Assembly (NCBI GenBank): GCA_032718475.1
Contig: JAUCBJ010007344.1
Location: 1 to 40,796 of the forward strand
Direction: 5' to 3'
Source of the DNA: Nemertoderma westbladi
Lineage: Eukaryota > Animalia > Xenacoelomorpha
Length of the DNA stretch: 40,796 nucleotides
Shown here: positions 12,209 to 23,927 of the stretch, in pieces
How the letters are laid out: each line of letters starts with the position of its first letter
How positions within the stretch are numbered: position 1 is the stretch's first letter
Notes under the pieces: model-generated
The model's input: the letters and a program-made list of their open reading frames with translations, nothing else
Database searches by the model: none
What the model was told of the DNA's origin: nothing
Position numbers and translations under genes: made by a program

Positions 12209-12809
12209 CCCTTGTTTTGCTCCCAGTAATTTAACTGGTACTCATTTTATCAACCAAATTATTAAGAGCTAGACTAAAAGAATATGAAATATTTTTTAAA
12301 CTAGTAGGCAGGTAACTATTGCAAACCTGTGGGTAGGTCTACTTTCTGTGAAGAATTCAATGGCTGTTCTAATGATCAACAAACTTATCTATCTAAAACC
12401 TTTACAACAGGCAGCAATATCAGTAACAAATGCGTGCAGCTGTCTGTTATGCAATAAATCTTTAATGTGGCCCTTAAAATACCCCTCGAGGCGCCACCTC
12501 TCGATTTTATTAGTGGTAGTAGGGCCCGTAGTGTATGTGTAGTGGTAGTAGGGCCATATATAACAGAGTCTGAGGCATCCTCGAATACATCAAGTGCAGA
12601 CATCATAAAAGTTTGTAGCCTCGCGGCCTTGCCGGATTCAGTGCCATGATCAAACCTACTAGGCTGGTTGTTGGCCTTGGCTTTTCAACATATTATATCA
12701 ACATTTTCAAAATATTATATATGATATGATATTGTAATTTCCAATTACAATATCAGAATTGGAGTCTGATACATTTTTACATCTTTACATAACAATTCGT
12801 GAAAACTTA

Positions 12810-13098
12810 CTATAACTGACTTTCGTGAAAAAGTATCAAAACATCCATAAACTTCTAGAGGAAGCGCACTATTACTATAGCACATAACTTGTCATGGCCA
12901 TCCAAGCTCATTCATATACAATCCATAGGCCCGTCGCAGTAAAACATCCCATTTTCTCTGCTTTAAGATGAGAGCTCGAGCAGCAACTCCTTCAGGGTCA
13001 ACACGTTTCAGAATTTGTTTGGTGACATTTCTCGGTATGCGAATATTATTCTCTACATGAAGCTTTTGATTCATGGCACAATAGCCGGCATTTCGCAT
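12810..13098 (-). pseudogene. Decayed DDE integrase/transposase fragment (IS3/IS481-like eukaryotic family)
   Basis: GYCAMNQKL...LKRVDPEGVAAR, then after a frameshift SLDGHDKLC...PLEVYGCFDTFSRK. This is the GYRxM / DPxGV / DGHDKL / YGCxDTFSRK signature of this family. Confidence 0.7.
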
Positions 13099-13139
13099 TA
13101 AATGTAGGAAATGTTATGGCTAATTATTGAAATATATCC

Positions 13140-14180
13140 ATCTGATGCAGAATTTCATACTGAATCCAAATATGGAAGCCGATTTCTTGCTTAGTTTTAG
13201 AGAAATCTGGAGTAGAAGATACTGGATCCGCCATATCGCGATATCAGTAAACTCAATGAAGTTCGGGTTTTTCATTCAATTTCACTCATTTTCACCGAAT
13301 TTCTGAGCTCAAATCTCTGGTGCCAATTGAATGTTTCCACGAGAAAGGGCACAATGTTTTAATTGAGAAGGTATTTTTTTATGATTATTGGACCTACTGG
13401 TCAGTTTATAAGACAACTTCAAGTCACCGGGACAATGATGGGACTCGATTAAGCAACTCTGCGGTCTACAACTGTATGCGGGATTACACGGAATAGACTT
13501 ATCGCTCATCGGAATCTTCAAATTGTACAATCTCCAGTTCTAGTGGTCGTACAAACTTCATTAGGCTCATTCGATCGAATGCTCTTTTCTCAGATAATAA
13601 CAAAGTTACCATTTATTTTGGCAAACTCTTCAAAGCTGTCTGAGCAATCATAACATGAACAAAATTTGCATGGCATAATTTACCCAAATAAATGTTATGT
13701 TGCATCACAACCATTTCATCATAAATGGTAACTTTGTTCTCAGAGAAAAGAGCTTTCAAATGAGCCTAAAACGAAATCCGTACGACCATTAGAACGGGAG
13801 ATTATAGATTTTGAAGATCTCCGATGACCGATTATTAGTCTATTCCGTGTAATCCCACAAAGACCGCAGAGTCGCTTATTCGAGTCCCGTCTTTATTCCA
13901 GAGACCTGAAGTTGTCTTATAAACTGATCAGTAGGTCCAATAATAATAAAAAAAAATACCTTCCCAATTATCATTTTGTGCTCTTTCTCGTGGAGACATC
14001 CAATTGGTCCACTGAGCAAAGAAATTTGCAACAATTGAATGCAAACCCCAAACTTCATCGCATTTCCGATATCGTGATATATCGGAGCCACTATCTTCTG
14101 CCACTGATATCTCGTAAACTAAGCAAGATATGGAAAAACGGTTTCCATATTTGGATTCAGCATGAAGTTCTGCATCAGAT
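13140..14180. mobile_element. Foldback/MITE-like element with diverged inverted arms of about 470 bp
   Basis: 13140-13616 is the inverted homolog of 13721-14180 (TCTGATGCAGAA/TTCTGCATCAGA; GACCTACTG/CAGTAGGTC; CAAAGTTACCATTTAT/ATAAATGGTAACTTTG). Spacer about 100 bp. Confidence 0.85.
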
Positions 14181-14582
14181 AGCCTATGTTTCAAAAATTC
14201 GACTTTTTGGTCAGAAAATGCGAAAACTCCTTCGGTCGGAAACTCCTTAGTATGGAGTCTCCATGGGAGTCTCACCCACAGAAGTGGACCATCTCTCCCA
14301 TCCATCTCCAACAGAGATACTTAAAGCCAGTCATACTTCTGCTGTGGGAGCTAAATTAGGGAATAATTCAACCTGCAGTGAAATAATGGTGACTTTTTTT
14401 TATTTTTGACACTTTTTTCACCCTGTGATCTTTGAGACGCTGGATCGTCCTGGGCCTGAGACATCTGTCTGTCTTCCTGGGAGATATTGATTCCCGCCTC
14501 CAATCTGTGACACATTAACCCATGCCCCACAGATTCCTCATCCAGCGGATCCTTGTGGCCATCTTGGTACAGCTTCGGGATG

Positions 14583-14712
14583 GCGCGAGGTTGGGATGTA
14601 CGCGAGGTTGGGATGTACGCGAGGTTGGGATGTAGGCGAGGTTGGGATGTACGCGAGGTTGGGATGTAGGCGATGTTGGGATGTACGCGAGGTTGGGATG
14701 TACGCGAGGTTG
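14583..14712. repeat. 17-bp minisatellite, about 7.5 copies
   Basis: Unit GCGAGGTTGGGATGTAC. Confidence 0.9.
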
Positions 14713-15002
14713 ATGAATGGCAGTAGTCACCATTAGGAAGCTTTCTGTTTTTTCAGAACTCGTCGCAGTGGTGCGTCCATGCCTACATTAAATAATATAA
14801 ATATATTAATTGGATTTATTGTATATATTATGCCACAAAATTTGTAATGCCATAAAAATCACAGTTTCATTTTTCCTCTCAATTGAATTTAATGTCAACT
14901 AAAATGATTAGGCCCCTTAAATTTTGCCAGTAGAATAAAAATGTTTAAAAGGGGTTTTCGAATCTGAAAAATAATGATGTTTTTTTTATTTTCTCCTTAA
15001 AG

Positions 15003-15165
15003 TTGTTGATGAAATTGCAAAGAACCATGCTTTAGGATTTGCTGCAAAGGAGTATAAACCTGAAATGATTAAAGAGTTTGGTATTGATGCTCTCAAATTA
15101 GTCACAAAAATAGCTGCTCTACAGAATTCTGATGAATTTGTTACTCAAGAAAGAAAAGCTTGGAG
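15003..15165 (+). CDS. EcKL/choline-kinase-like gene, internal exon A
   Basis: Polypyrimidine tract + AAAG acceptor, GTAAG donor. Reads VDEIAKNHALGFAAKEYKPEMIKEFG...ERKAW (LAxxHA-type motif). Ends in phase 2, matching exon B. Confidence 0.8.
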
Positions 15166-15514
15166 GTAAGCAAGAAATGCATAATATAAATCCAATATAT
15201 ATCAAACTTCCCATATCTCTGATCAAGTTCATATGATGATAAATCGAACCGCGGTGAAATTGATTGTCTAATGTGAGAAAATGACGTTTATAAGTCACTA
15301 TATTGGCTTTTAGTCCAATTGTTATTATAATTATTGAGAATAATAAATCAATGTTAAACCAAACTGAGGTTGAAACGAATTGAATGGAAATGTTTCGAAC
15401 ATCGCTTGATATAGAGTGGGAATAGGCATGCAGGAACCTATTTATTTGCAATATTTAGGAGCAGTACAATGAGGTTGCAGAAACCTCAGCAATATACTTC
15501 TTTGAAGAGGTGTT

Positions 15515-16048
15515 TGTGACGGGATCTACGGATCCCGGTTTATCCGTTGGGTTTTCTATCCACGCGTCCCCGCCGTTGTGTGAAAGGTAAAATAGTTCTG
15601 GTGTCCGGTTATATGTATAAGGTATAATAGTCTGATATATATATAGTATAGTATGGCACAGTCACCGGTAGATAAGTATGATGGCGGTAGCGGACGGTGA
15701 CAGAAGTCCCCGTTCCACCCTACTGATCTGACTGAGTAAACTGAATGAATGATTACAGGTTACTGGTTATATTGCACGGTGGCCTTATTGCTACTCAATC
15801 GATGCCTTTCCCCCCTCTGATTGGTTGATATCCCTGTTGGCACCCTTTGGAGTGTTTCCCTTCACTCCCTGCGTTCTCTCTCGGTTAGGGGTTTGGCCCC
15901 TGACCCCTATTGTGTGTGTCTCCTTTGGGGCCTATTGTCCCCGTTTACTGGGCTGACACGAGGTTGATTGGTAATCAACCTCGTGCCCCCAATATTGCTT
16001 TATGGCTCACTCTATGGGTTTGTGTTAGCGGAATTGGATAAGCTAACA
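15515..16048 (-). repeat. 3' LTR
   Basis: TGTGACGGG...GCTAACA on +, adjacent to the PPT at 16049-16057. Confidence 0.95.
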
Positions 16049-16439
16049 CTCCCCCCCATGCTATCTTCCCGGTGAGAAGATAGCATCCAACTAAAGTGCG
16101 CTACAATTCCGCTGGATCCCGATCTAGCATCGGGTGTGGGGTGGGTATATTTTTTCGGAGTCGGCTTTCCAGGCCGCTCCCTATGGGTATGATGTCACTA
16201 CCCTCCGGCGTTTCGTGTCGGGCCGATCGTGCGCTTCTCTCACACAATTTTTGTTTCCCCAACACTCTCACCACTCTACTCCAACCCTCGCATACTCCAG
16301 GACCTCCTCGTCCCACACTCTTCCTCTCACTTCTCCTCCCCCACACTTAAATTGCGCCCACGCTCTCTTCGCACTCCGCACTATCACTTCTCCACTCTCT
16401 TGTCACTACCTAAGGCTTTAATCTCTAATGCTACCCCTG

Positions 16440-18030
16440 TGCTATCATACTATCTACCTACTGCTTACTAACTCTAACTATCTAACTAACTCTGCTAACT
16501 ACTAACTCTTACTACTTGTAGCTCTAACTGAGAGCCTCTAACTTTCTACTGACTCTAACTCTCTACTAAGTCTAACTAACTCCTACTAACTTTCTACTTC
16601 TACTAACTCTACTTGACTCCTCTGAGTCTACCAACTCTGCTAACTAGCTCTACTAACTCTACTCCACTAGCTCTGCTAACTCTACTCCACTAGCTCTGCT
16701 AACTCTACTAACTAGCTCTACTAACTCTACTCCACTCTTCTAACTACGTGGCGCTTGCGGTGCCCACAACCACCCTACTATCTGGCACCCTATGTGCCCT
16801 TCTACTACTCAACTACCTCTCTAGCTCTACTACCTGGCACCCTATGTGCCCTCTCTGCTCTACTCTACTACCTGGCACCCTATGTGCCCTCTCTACTACA
16901 CTACTACCTCTCTAACTCTACTACCTGGCACCCTATGTGCCCTCTCTACTACTCTACTCTATCTCTAACTCTCTAACTCTACTACCTGGCACCCTATGTG
17001 CCCTTCTACTATTCTACTCTCTGGCACCCTATGTGCCCTCTCTGCTACCTCTAACACTCTACTCTACTACCTGGCACCCTATGTGCCCTCTCTACTCTTC
17101 TACTACCTGGCACCCAATGTGCCCGTCTCTACTCCTCTACTCCCCCTTTACGTCTCATCGCCTACACGTGACGCTCTGAGTGCCGGCAGAGTGGGTACGT
17201 TAATTATGTGAACTACTACTGACTCTACTAACTCTACTAACTCTCTTCTAACTCTACTAACTCCTTTTGTGCCCGGCACCTCTTGTGCCCGGCACCTTCT
17301 AACTCTACTAACTCTCTACTAACTCAACTAACTCTACTACTAACTCAACTAACTCTACTACTAACTCCTTTTGTGCCCGGCACCTCTTGTGCCCGGCACC
17401 CACCCTAATTAACATACCCTGCTCTTACATCAAACACATCATCACGCCCGTGCCCCACTAAATTCAGCGCATTCCCTACTAACTCTAACTACGTGGCGCT
17501 TACGGTGCCCACAACCCTCTACTGCTACTACTAACACCCCTAACTAGCGGTACTACGTACCCTCTTACTACTCCTAGCTCTCTCTACTAGCTAGCGGTAC
17601 AACGTACCCTCTTACTACTCTAGCTCTCTCTACTAGCTAGCGGTACTACGTACCCTCTTACTCTTACTAACTCTCTAACGGTACTACGTACCCCTTAACT
17701 CCTACTCTCTAACGGTACTACGTACCCTCTAACTCTTACTCTAACTAGCGGTACTTACGTACCCTCTAACTCTCTTCTACTAACGGTACTACACGTACCC
17801 TCCTACTAACTCTTCTACTAACGGTACTACACGTACCCTCCTACTAACTCTTCTACTAACGGTACTACACGTACCCTCCTACTAACTCTTCTACTAACGG
17901 TACTACACGTACCCTCCTACTAACTCTTCTACTAACGGTACTATACGTACCCTCCTACTAACTCTTCTACTAACGGTACTACACGTACCACCCTTTAACT
18001 AACTAACTACCTAACTTCTACCTACTCTAT
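16440..18030 (-). repeat. Array of short palindromes (GGYAC-N3-5-GTRCC) in CTA/CTCT-rich linkers, downstream of gag
   Basis: About 10 GGCAC-N5-GTGCC copies (16784-17393) and about 12 GGTAC-N3-5-GTACC copies (17549-17989). The last six form a 38-bp tandem repeat. Confidence 0.9.
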
Positions 18031-18047
18031 TATTTAATTATTTTTAA

Positions 18048-21000
18048 TTAAATAATTATTTTATATTTTGTGCGTGGGAAGGGCGTCTCGCCCTCATTCC
18101 CACCCCCCTCAGTCCAAAACTTTGGACGACTAAAAACTCTCACGTGCCCCTTCTTCCGGTAGGCACTCTCCTGCTGCCCTCCTATACGTCCTCTAACTCT
18201 TCGCCACACTCTCTTCGGTGCTACCTTTGCTGGCCTCCCCCTTCGTATGTGCGCTGGCATTAAGGCCCTCGACGACCCCCGCTCGTTCCTTGGTACACAT
18301 GGCGTCTGCCCGTGCAATGCCCCCTCGCACTGTGTCCGTCCTGCGTGTGTATGCGACACGCCTCCTTCTACTTTCCCGACTCCCTTATGTTTGCTAATGG
18401 GCTTCTCTGCCCCTGGTCTAGTCCTTTCACATCCTCTCCCTTTCCAACACTCTCCGGATCTGTGTCCTTTTACCACACATCGATGACATAGTCCGTTTGC
18501 GTCTGTGTAGGCTACACGATCTCGTTTGGGCAACGCTTGCCAGTACTTGCAACTCCTGGTCTTATGGGTTCCGTCCCGATGTAATTGACATTGGAATCCT
18601 GGATTATAGCGTTTCCTGTATAGTCCTTCACGTATCGCGCTTAGGTTTATATGTACCGATTTAATGTTTTGGTTGTCTAGACTCGGCCTACTGGGTATAT
18701 TGGGATTGTTTTTATTTACGGTGTTATTTTCTTTCTGTCCCTGCCACGGTGTGGCCCTACTACCAGCTAACTGTGGACTGGTAGTCCCCTGTATGGCCGC
18801 GTGTGGTGGTGACTGTCCGCACGACCTGCTCTCGTCCAGGGAGTTCGATATTCTTGCTCCTATCGGGGTATATTGTCGATATTGTGATGGGGGAATGTCA
18901 CCCTGTCCCCCCCCCAGCCGGTATGTTTGGTACTGGGGTTGATGTTAATACATTGGGGCCCATACGTCTATCTCCAATAACTCCCCCCTCCCCTGGATAT
19001 ATGTTATGTCCCTGTGTATTATAGTCATGCTGCTGTACCGATATAGGCCTACCTACCTCTCGCCTACCTACCGGTATGTACTCCGCGACTTCCGGGTTTA
19101 ATCCCGTCGTTCGCGCTACCCCATCGCCTACTCTATCTCTCCCAGCATGGCCTATAATAGTATGTGCAGTAAGGCCTACAGTATGTCCTGCAGTCTGCAT
19201 GTGCCCTTCCGAACCGAAGTTTATTCTTCGCGAATCTCGAATCTCCCCGCGACTACCGCACTCTCGATCGGCAGCTATATCCCGTCGGGAAGCTTCTCTT
19301 CGATCCCCTCTCCTGTTCTCGACTTTGTATTGGTACGTCCTGTACCCCTCTCTTGGCGTGCGGTGCGTTTCTCCGGGGCGACGGCAATCTCCCGAAGTTC
19401 GACCCCACTGACTCCCTAACTCCATCTCTACTATCGACGGTCCGCTATCCGTCCTCACACTCCTATCGTTCGTGGCGACACCTTTTCTACTATCTCCTCT
19501 TCTTCTCTTTTCAGTGCAGTATTCCGGCTCGTGAGATCTCTCGTCGACCTCCCGGTTAAACTCCACTATTCTTCCTCTCTCTTCTGATCGGGCTCGACGC
19601 TTCGTCTGCCCTCTCGCGACGTCAACCTGCCTCTCTCTACTCGATCGCACGCCGCTGGGGATACTCGCAATCCCCCTACTACTCTCCGTCGCCGGGTGTT
19701 GCGGTTTACCTGAGTTCGGCCCGCGCATTATCCGCCGACGCCTGTGGGACACTCTCTGCCCCCCCTCTCTCGCTACTAACTCCTCGCGGTGGGGTGCCCG
19801 TAGCCCCTCCCCACCCGCCACTTCTAACTTCGCTACCTCTTACTACACTCCTATACCCGTCTTGTGGGGCATTCTCTGCCCCCCCTCTCTCGCCACTAAT
19901 CTTATGTGGTGGGGCGCCCGTAGCTCCCCCCCCACTCGCCACATCTAACTTCACTATCTCTCACTTCGTCTCTACACCCCTCTCTAGTCGACGCACTGTC
20001 TCTACTACGGCTGGGTCTATTCACCCCCGCCTCTCTCTCTACTACTGCGTGGCCCACCAGGCCCACTTCGGGTTGGCTCAACCCCGCTACCCCCTGCCTA
20101 CCAACTACGTGGCCTACCAGGCCGCCGTCTGCCGGGCTATGCACATTTGACACGCTCATATTAATAGCACCATTCCCAATATTATTTGTTAAATCAATTA
20201 AATTATTAGAATTTGAAACGAGATTTAAATTATTTAAATTAGAATTATTTGAATTTTCAAAATTTAAATTATTATTCGTATTATTTGAATTATTCTGAAT
20301 ATTTGAACTAATGTTATTATTTGAATTTAAATTTAAATTACTACTACCAGGTAAAATATTATTTCCTGTAATAAAGGGATTAGGGTTATTTACTACGGTA
20401 CTATTAATATTAACTACTTCTAACGTACTACTATTACCCCCCCCCGCCCGTACGGCTACACCAGTTCTGGTTCTCTCGCTCTGTGCTTATAACTGGGGTC
20501 TCACTCTCTGATAGTTCCAACCGCGCCAGTTCTAGTCGGCGCTGGTCTAGTTTGGCTTGATATTGCGCAAGCCTCCCTAGCACGGCATGCAAATCATCCC
20601 GCCTGCACTCAGCCTCTATCCCCCACTCTCGCATATTCTGCTCGGCCAACTCTGCCCCTCTAGCAATCATCTCAAGCCGCCTCGCCGGCTCGCTCTCTAC
20701 TCCCATCTCTCGCTCTCTACACTCCTTGGCTCTCTCTCTGAACTCCTCGGCCCTCTCTCTACACTCCCTCTCCAACTCTCCTACCTTCTCTGAGAATGCG
20801 GTTTCCTCTCTCAATTGCCACTCTAACCATTCCTGCTTACTCGCAGCCGTTTCTAATTTATACTCTATGCGTTCACTCTGTCGCACCCGTCTTTCTTTTA
20901 CGGAGGATGTAGCAGACTTATCGGTTGCGACGGACTCCCGTCGCCCCTCCGTCCCACTAACTTTCCCCCACTTCCCGGAACTTCCTCCGACCGACGAGAC

Positions 21001-21696
21001 CGAATCCTCGGAATTAACCTCGGATTCGCCCTCCCCAGGTCTTCTAACTCTTACTTTCACTCCCCGGGCATCGACTAAGTATGGCCCTACGTACACTACG
21101 CTAGGTTCCATACCCCCACATTCCCATAGTTCAATCAGTTCGTTGACAACTCCCCTCGCCCTCTCCTCGGCTAATTCTCTCTGCCCAGAACACACTAGGT
21201 GATCAAAGTATCTGTTCGACTCACCTAGTCCTTTCCTCAGTCTCACCTCGTCTATTTTCGCCCCTCCTTTAGCCTCTCTCAGTTGCTCCCGGGTCGCGAG
21301 GTAGGCCCGTCGAAGTCGATCAGAAACCCCGACGTCCTCGTCGCCGACCTCTCTTCCGTCTCTCCGGGTCCGACGTCGTACCGACGGCCCCACCGTCGCC
21401 GTTCCGGTGGACCGTTCGTCGTCCTCGGCCTGTGGCTGGCCGGTGACATCGGTATGTCGACCCTCGCTCCGCGTCGACTCGTCTTTCTCTTCTCCTCCCT
21501 TCTCATCTCCTTCCCTCGACTCGCCCTCCGGTTGTAGACGACCCCCCACATCTTGGTTCGCCGGGTTGCTCGTTGTCGACGTGGTCGGCGTAGCATCGAC
21601 CGGCGTCGTGGGTTCGTATCGTCTCGCCGTGGCCTCGCGGATCGTTAGATCGTCGTCCGGGGTCCGTGGCGGTGTCGTTCCTCTCTCTCGACTCAT
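18048..21696 (-). CDS. gag: BEL/Pao Gag-like protein, about 1,214 aa if four +1 shifts are corrected
   Basis: ORFs 20434-21696, 19902-20159 (open upstream through an Asn-rich tract), 19706-19954, 18898-19821 and 18048-18533 (open upstream) each step by +1. Coiled-coil N-terminal part. C-terminal CQLHRDGTHKTRSC..W.AL...R......GLCHRCVVKGHRSGEC is the BEL/Pao knuckle arrangement. Confidence 0.8.
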
Positions 21697-21809
21697 CGTC
21701 GTCTTTGGTGGCTGGCAGCCACGTTGATAACAATCTATCGCTGTCAGGGCAGCTGGGCGGATCTGATTCTGTCACTGTCAGGGCAGCTGGGCGGAACTAG
21801 TTCTGTCAC

Positions 21810-22343
21810 TGTGACGGGATCTACGGATCCCGGTTTATCCGTTGGGTTTTCTATCCACGCGTCCCCGCCGTTGTGTGAAAGGTAAAATAGTTCTGGTGTC
21901 CGGTTATATGTATAAGGTATAATAGTCTGATATATATATAGTATAGTATGGCACAGTCACCAGTAGATAAGTATGATGGCGGTAGCGGACGGTGACAGAA
22001 GTCCCCGTTCCACCCTACTGATCTGACTGAGTAAACTGAATGAATGATTACAGGTTACTGGTTATATTGCACGGTGGCCTTATTGCTACTCAATCGATGC
22101 CTTTCCCCCCTCTGATTGGTTGATATCCCTGTTGGCACCCTTTGGAGTGTTTCCCTTCACTCCCTGCGTTCTCTCTCGGTTAGGGGTTTGGCCCCTGACC
22201 CCTATTGTGTGTGTCTCCTTTGGGGCCTATTGTCCCCGTTTACTGGGCTGACACGAGGTTGATTGGTAATCAACCTCGTGCCCCCAATATTGCTTTATGG
22301 CTCACTCTATGGGTTTGTGTTAGCGGAATTGGATAAGCTAACA
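21810..22343 (-). repeat. 5' LTR
   Basis: Copy of 15515-16048. Minus-strand TATAA (22062-22066) and Inr-like TCATTCATTCAGT (22035-22047) suggest the promoter. Confidence 0.95.
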
Positions 22344-22464
22344 GTGTTTATAATCAAAATAACACTGGGCAAACATCAGGAACATAGAGAAAATGGAGTT
22401 TCATGAGAGATGGCTGTTGATCAATCAGGAATCAGGGAGGAAGTAGAGAAGCTGATATTTGATC

Positions 22465-22680
22465 TAGTGGAGGATGCATCCAGTGTTGGCCTCATTATGA
22501 ATAGCACAAGGACCAAAATTCTCACAGTAAACATGGATTCAGATCAGCAGAAAATCGATCTTGAAAACATTCAATCGCTGGTGGAGCCTGTGCTGCTCTA
22601 TGGTAGCACATGCTGGGCTCTAACTGCTCCAGGTTTCAGGATCGTACATATACCAGGATGCCGCACAAGGTGCACAACAT
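22465..22680 (+). pseudogene. Internally deleted RTE-like LINE remnant
   Basis: ASSVGLIMNSTRTKILTVN...VEPVLLYGSTCWALTA aligns with ASSVGLFINFRKTKILTVN...VVPVLLYGSPCWALTA of the RT ORF at 25674-27191. Confidence 0.8.
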
Positions 22681-22971
22681 TGCCTATGGCACACACAAGG
22701 AATGATGTACTAACAACTATGCCAACATCTATTTGCAAATCTTTTGTATCTATTTGGGTGTGTGTGCATCAGGATGAATAAAATCAGCATGAATAGGAAT
22801 GAAGTACTTTAATCTGAGAAACAATACTTACAACAATCATAGTCTATCTCTGAATTTGACTTTAGGACTCCAACGTACAACCTCATCCACCCTCCATCCC
22901 TCCATCACCTTCAGTTCCCTCAACCAAGGAATATCATCTCTCTAGCTATAAGAATAGCCTCTCTCTATAGA

Positions 22972-23806
22972 GGCTCACCTTAGAATGGCTCACCTTAGAA
23001 TGGCTCACCTTAGAATGGCTCACCTTAGAATGGCTCACCTTAGAATGGGTCACCTTGGAATGGCTCACCTTAGAATGGCTCACCTTAGAATGGCTCACCT
23101 TAGAATGGCTCACCTTAGAATGGCTCACCTTAGAATGGCTCACCTTAGGATGTCTCACCTTAGAATGGCTCACCTTAGGATGTCTCCCCTTAGAATGGCT
23201 CACCTTAGAATGACTTACCTTAGAATGACTCACCTTAGAATGGCTCACCTTAGAATGGCTCACCTTAGAATGGCTCACCTTAGGATGACTCAACTTAGGA
23301 TGTCTCACCTTAGAATGGCTCACCTTAGAATGACTTACCTTAGAATGACTCACCTTAGAATGGCTCACCTTAGAATGGCTCACCTTAGAATGGCTCACCT
23401 TAGAATGGGTCACCTTGGAATGGCTCACCTTAGAATGACTCACCTTAGAATGACTCACCTTAGAATGGCTCACCTTAGAATGGCTCACCTTAGAATGGCT
23501 AACCTGAGAATGACTCACCTTAGAATGGCTCACCTTAGAATGGCTCACCTTAGAATGGCTCACCTTAGAATGGCTCACCTTAGGATGTCTCACCTTAGAA
23601 TGGCTCACCTTAGAATGACTCACCTTAGAATGACTCAACTTAGAATGGTTCACCTTAGAATGGCTCACCTTAGAATGGGTCACCTTGGAATGGCTCACCT
23701 TAGAATGGATCACCTTAGAATGGCTCACCTTAGAATGGGTCACCTTGGAATCGCTCACCTTAGAATGGCTCACGTTAGAATGTCTCACCTTAGAATGGGT
23801 CACCTT
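22972..23806. repeat. 15-bp minisatellite, about 55 copies
   Basis: Unit GGCTCACCTTAGAAT with point variants. Confidence 0.97.
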
Positions 23807-23927
23807 CAACTCAAAGGGAATTCAATCACAGTAATTTATTATCTTAATAGCGTCCCCCATGACAGTTCAGATCTATATACCGGTACTATCTCTTGGTATA
23901 CTAAGTATATCTCTATATACTTTCTAG

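Larger units (their letters stand above)
15515..22343 (-). mobile_element. Young gag-only BEL/Pao LTR retrotransposon inside an intron
   Basis: Two 534-bp TG...CA LTRs with 1 mismatch seen by eye (15667 G vs 21962 A). 5-bp TSD GTGTT (15510-15514 and 22344-22348). Minus-strand PPT GGGGGGGAG abuts 16048. No protease, RT or integrase found. Confidence 0.93.

Noticed and set aside
11161-12272. Periodic ORFs on both strands
   Set aside because: Artefacts of the 48-bp and 36-bp tandem repeats.
16740-18000. CRISPR array interpretation of the palindrome-plus-spacer pattern
   Set aside because: Repeats are only 13-15 bp, spacers are low-complexity and related to each other, there are no cas genes, and the context is a eukaryotic retroelement.
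18247-21727. Plus-strand ORFs within the LTR element
   Set aside because: Antisense shadows of the GC-rich gag frame with no motifs.
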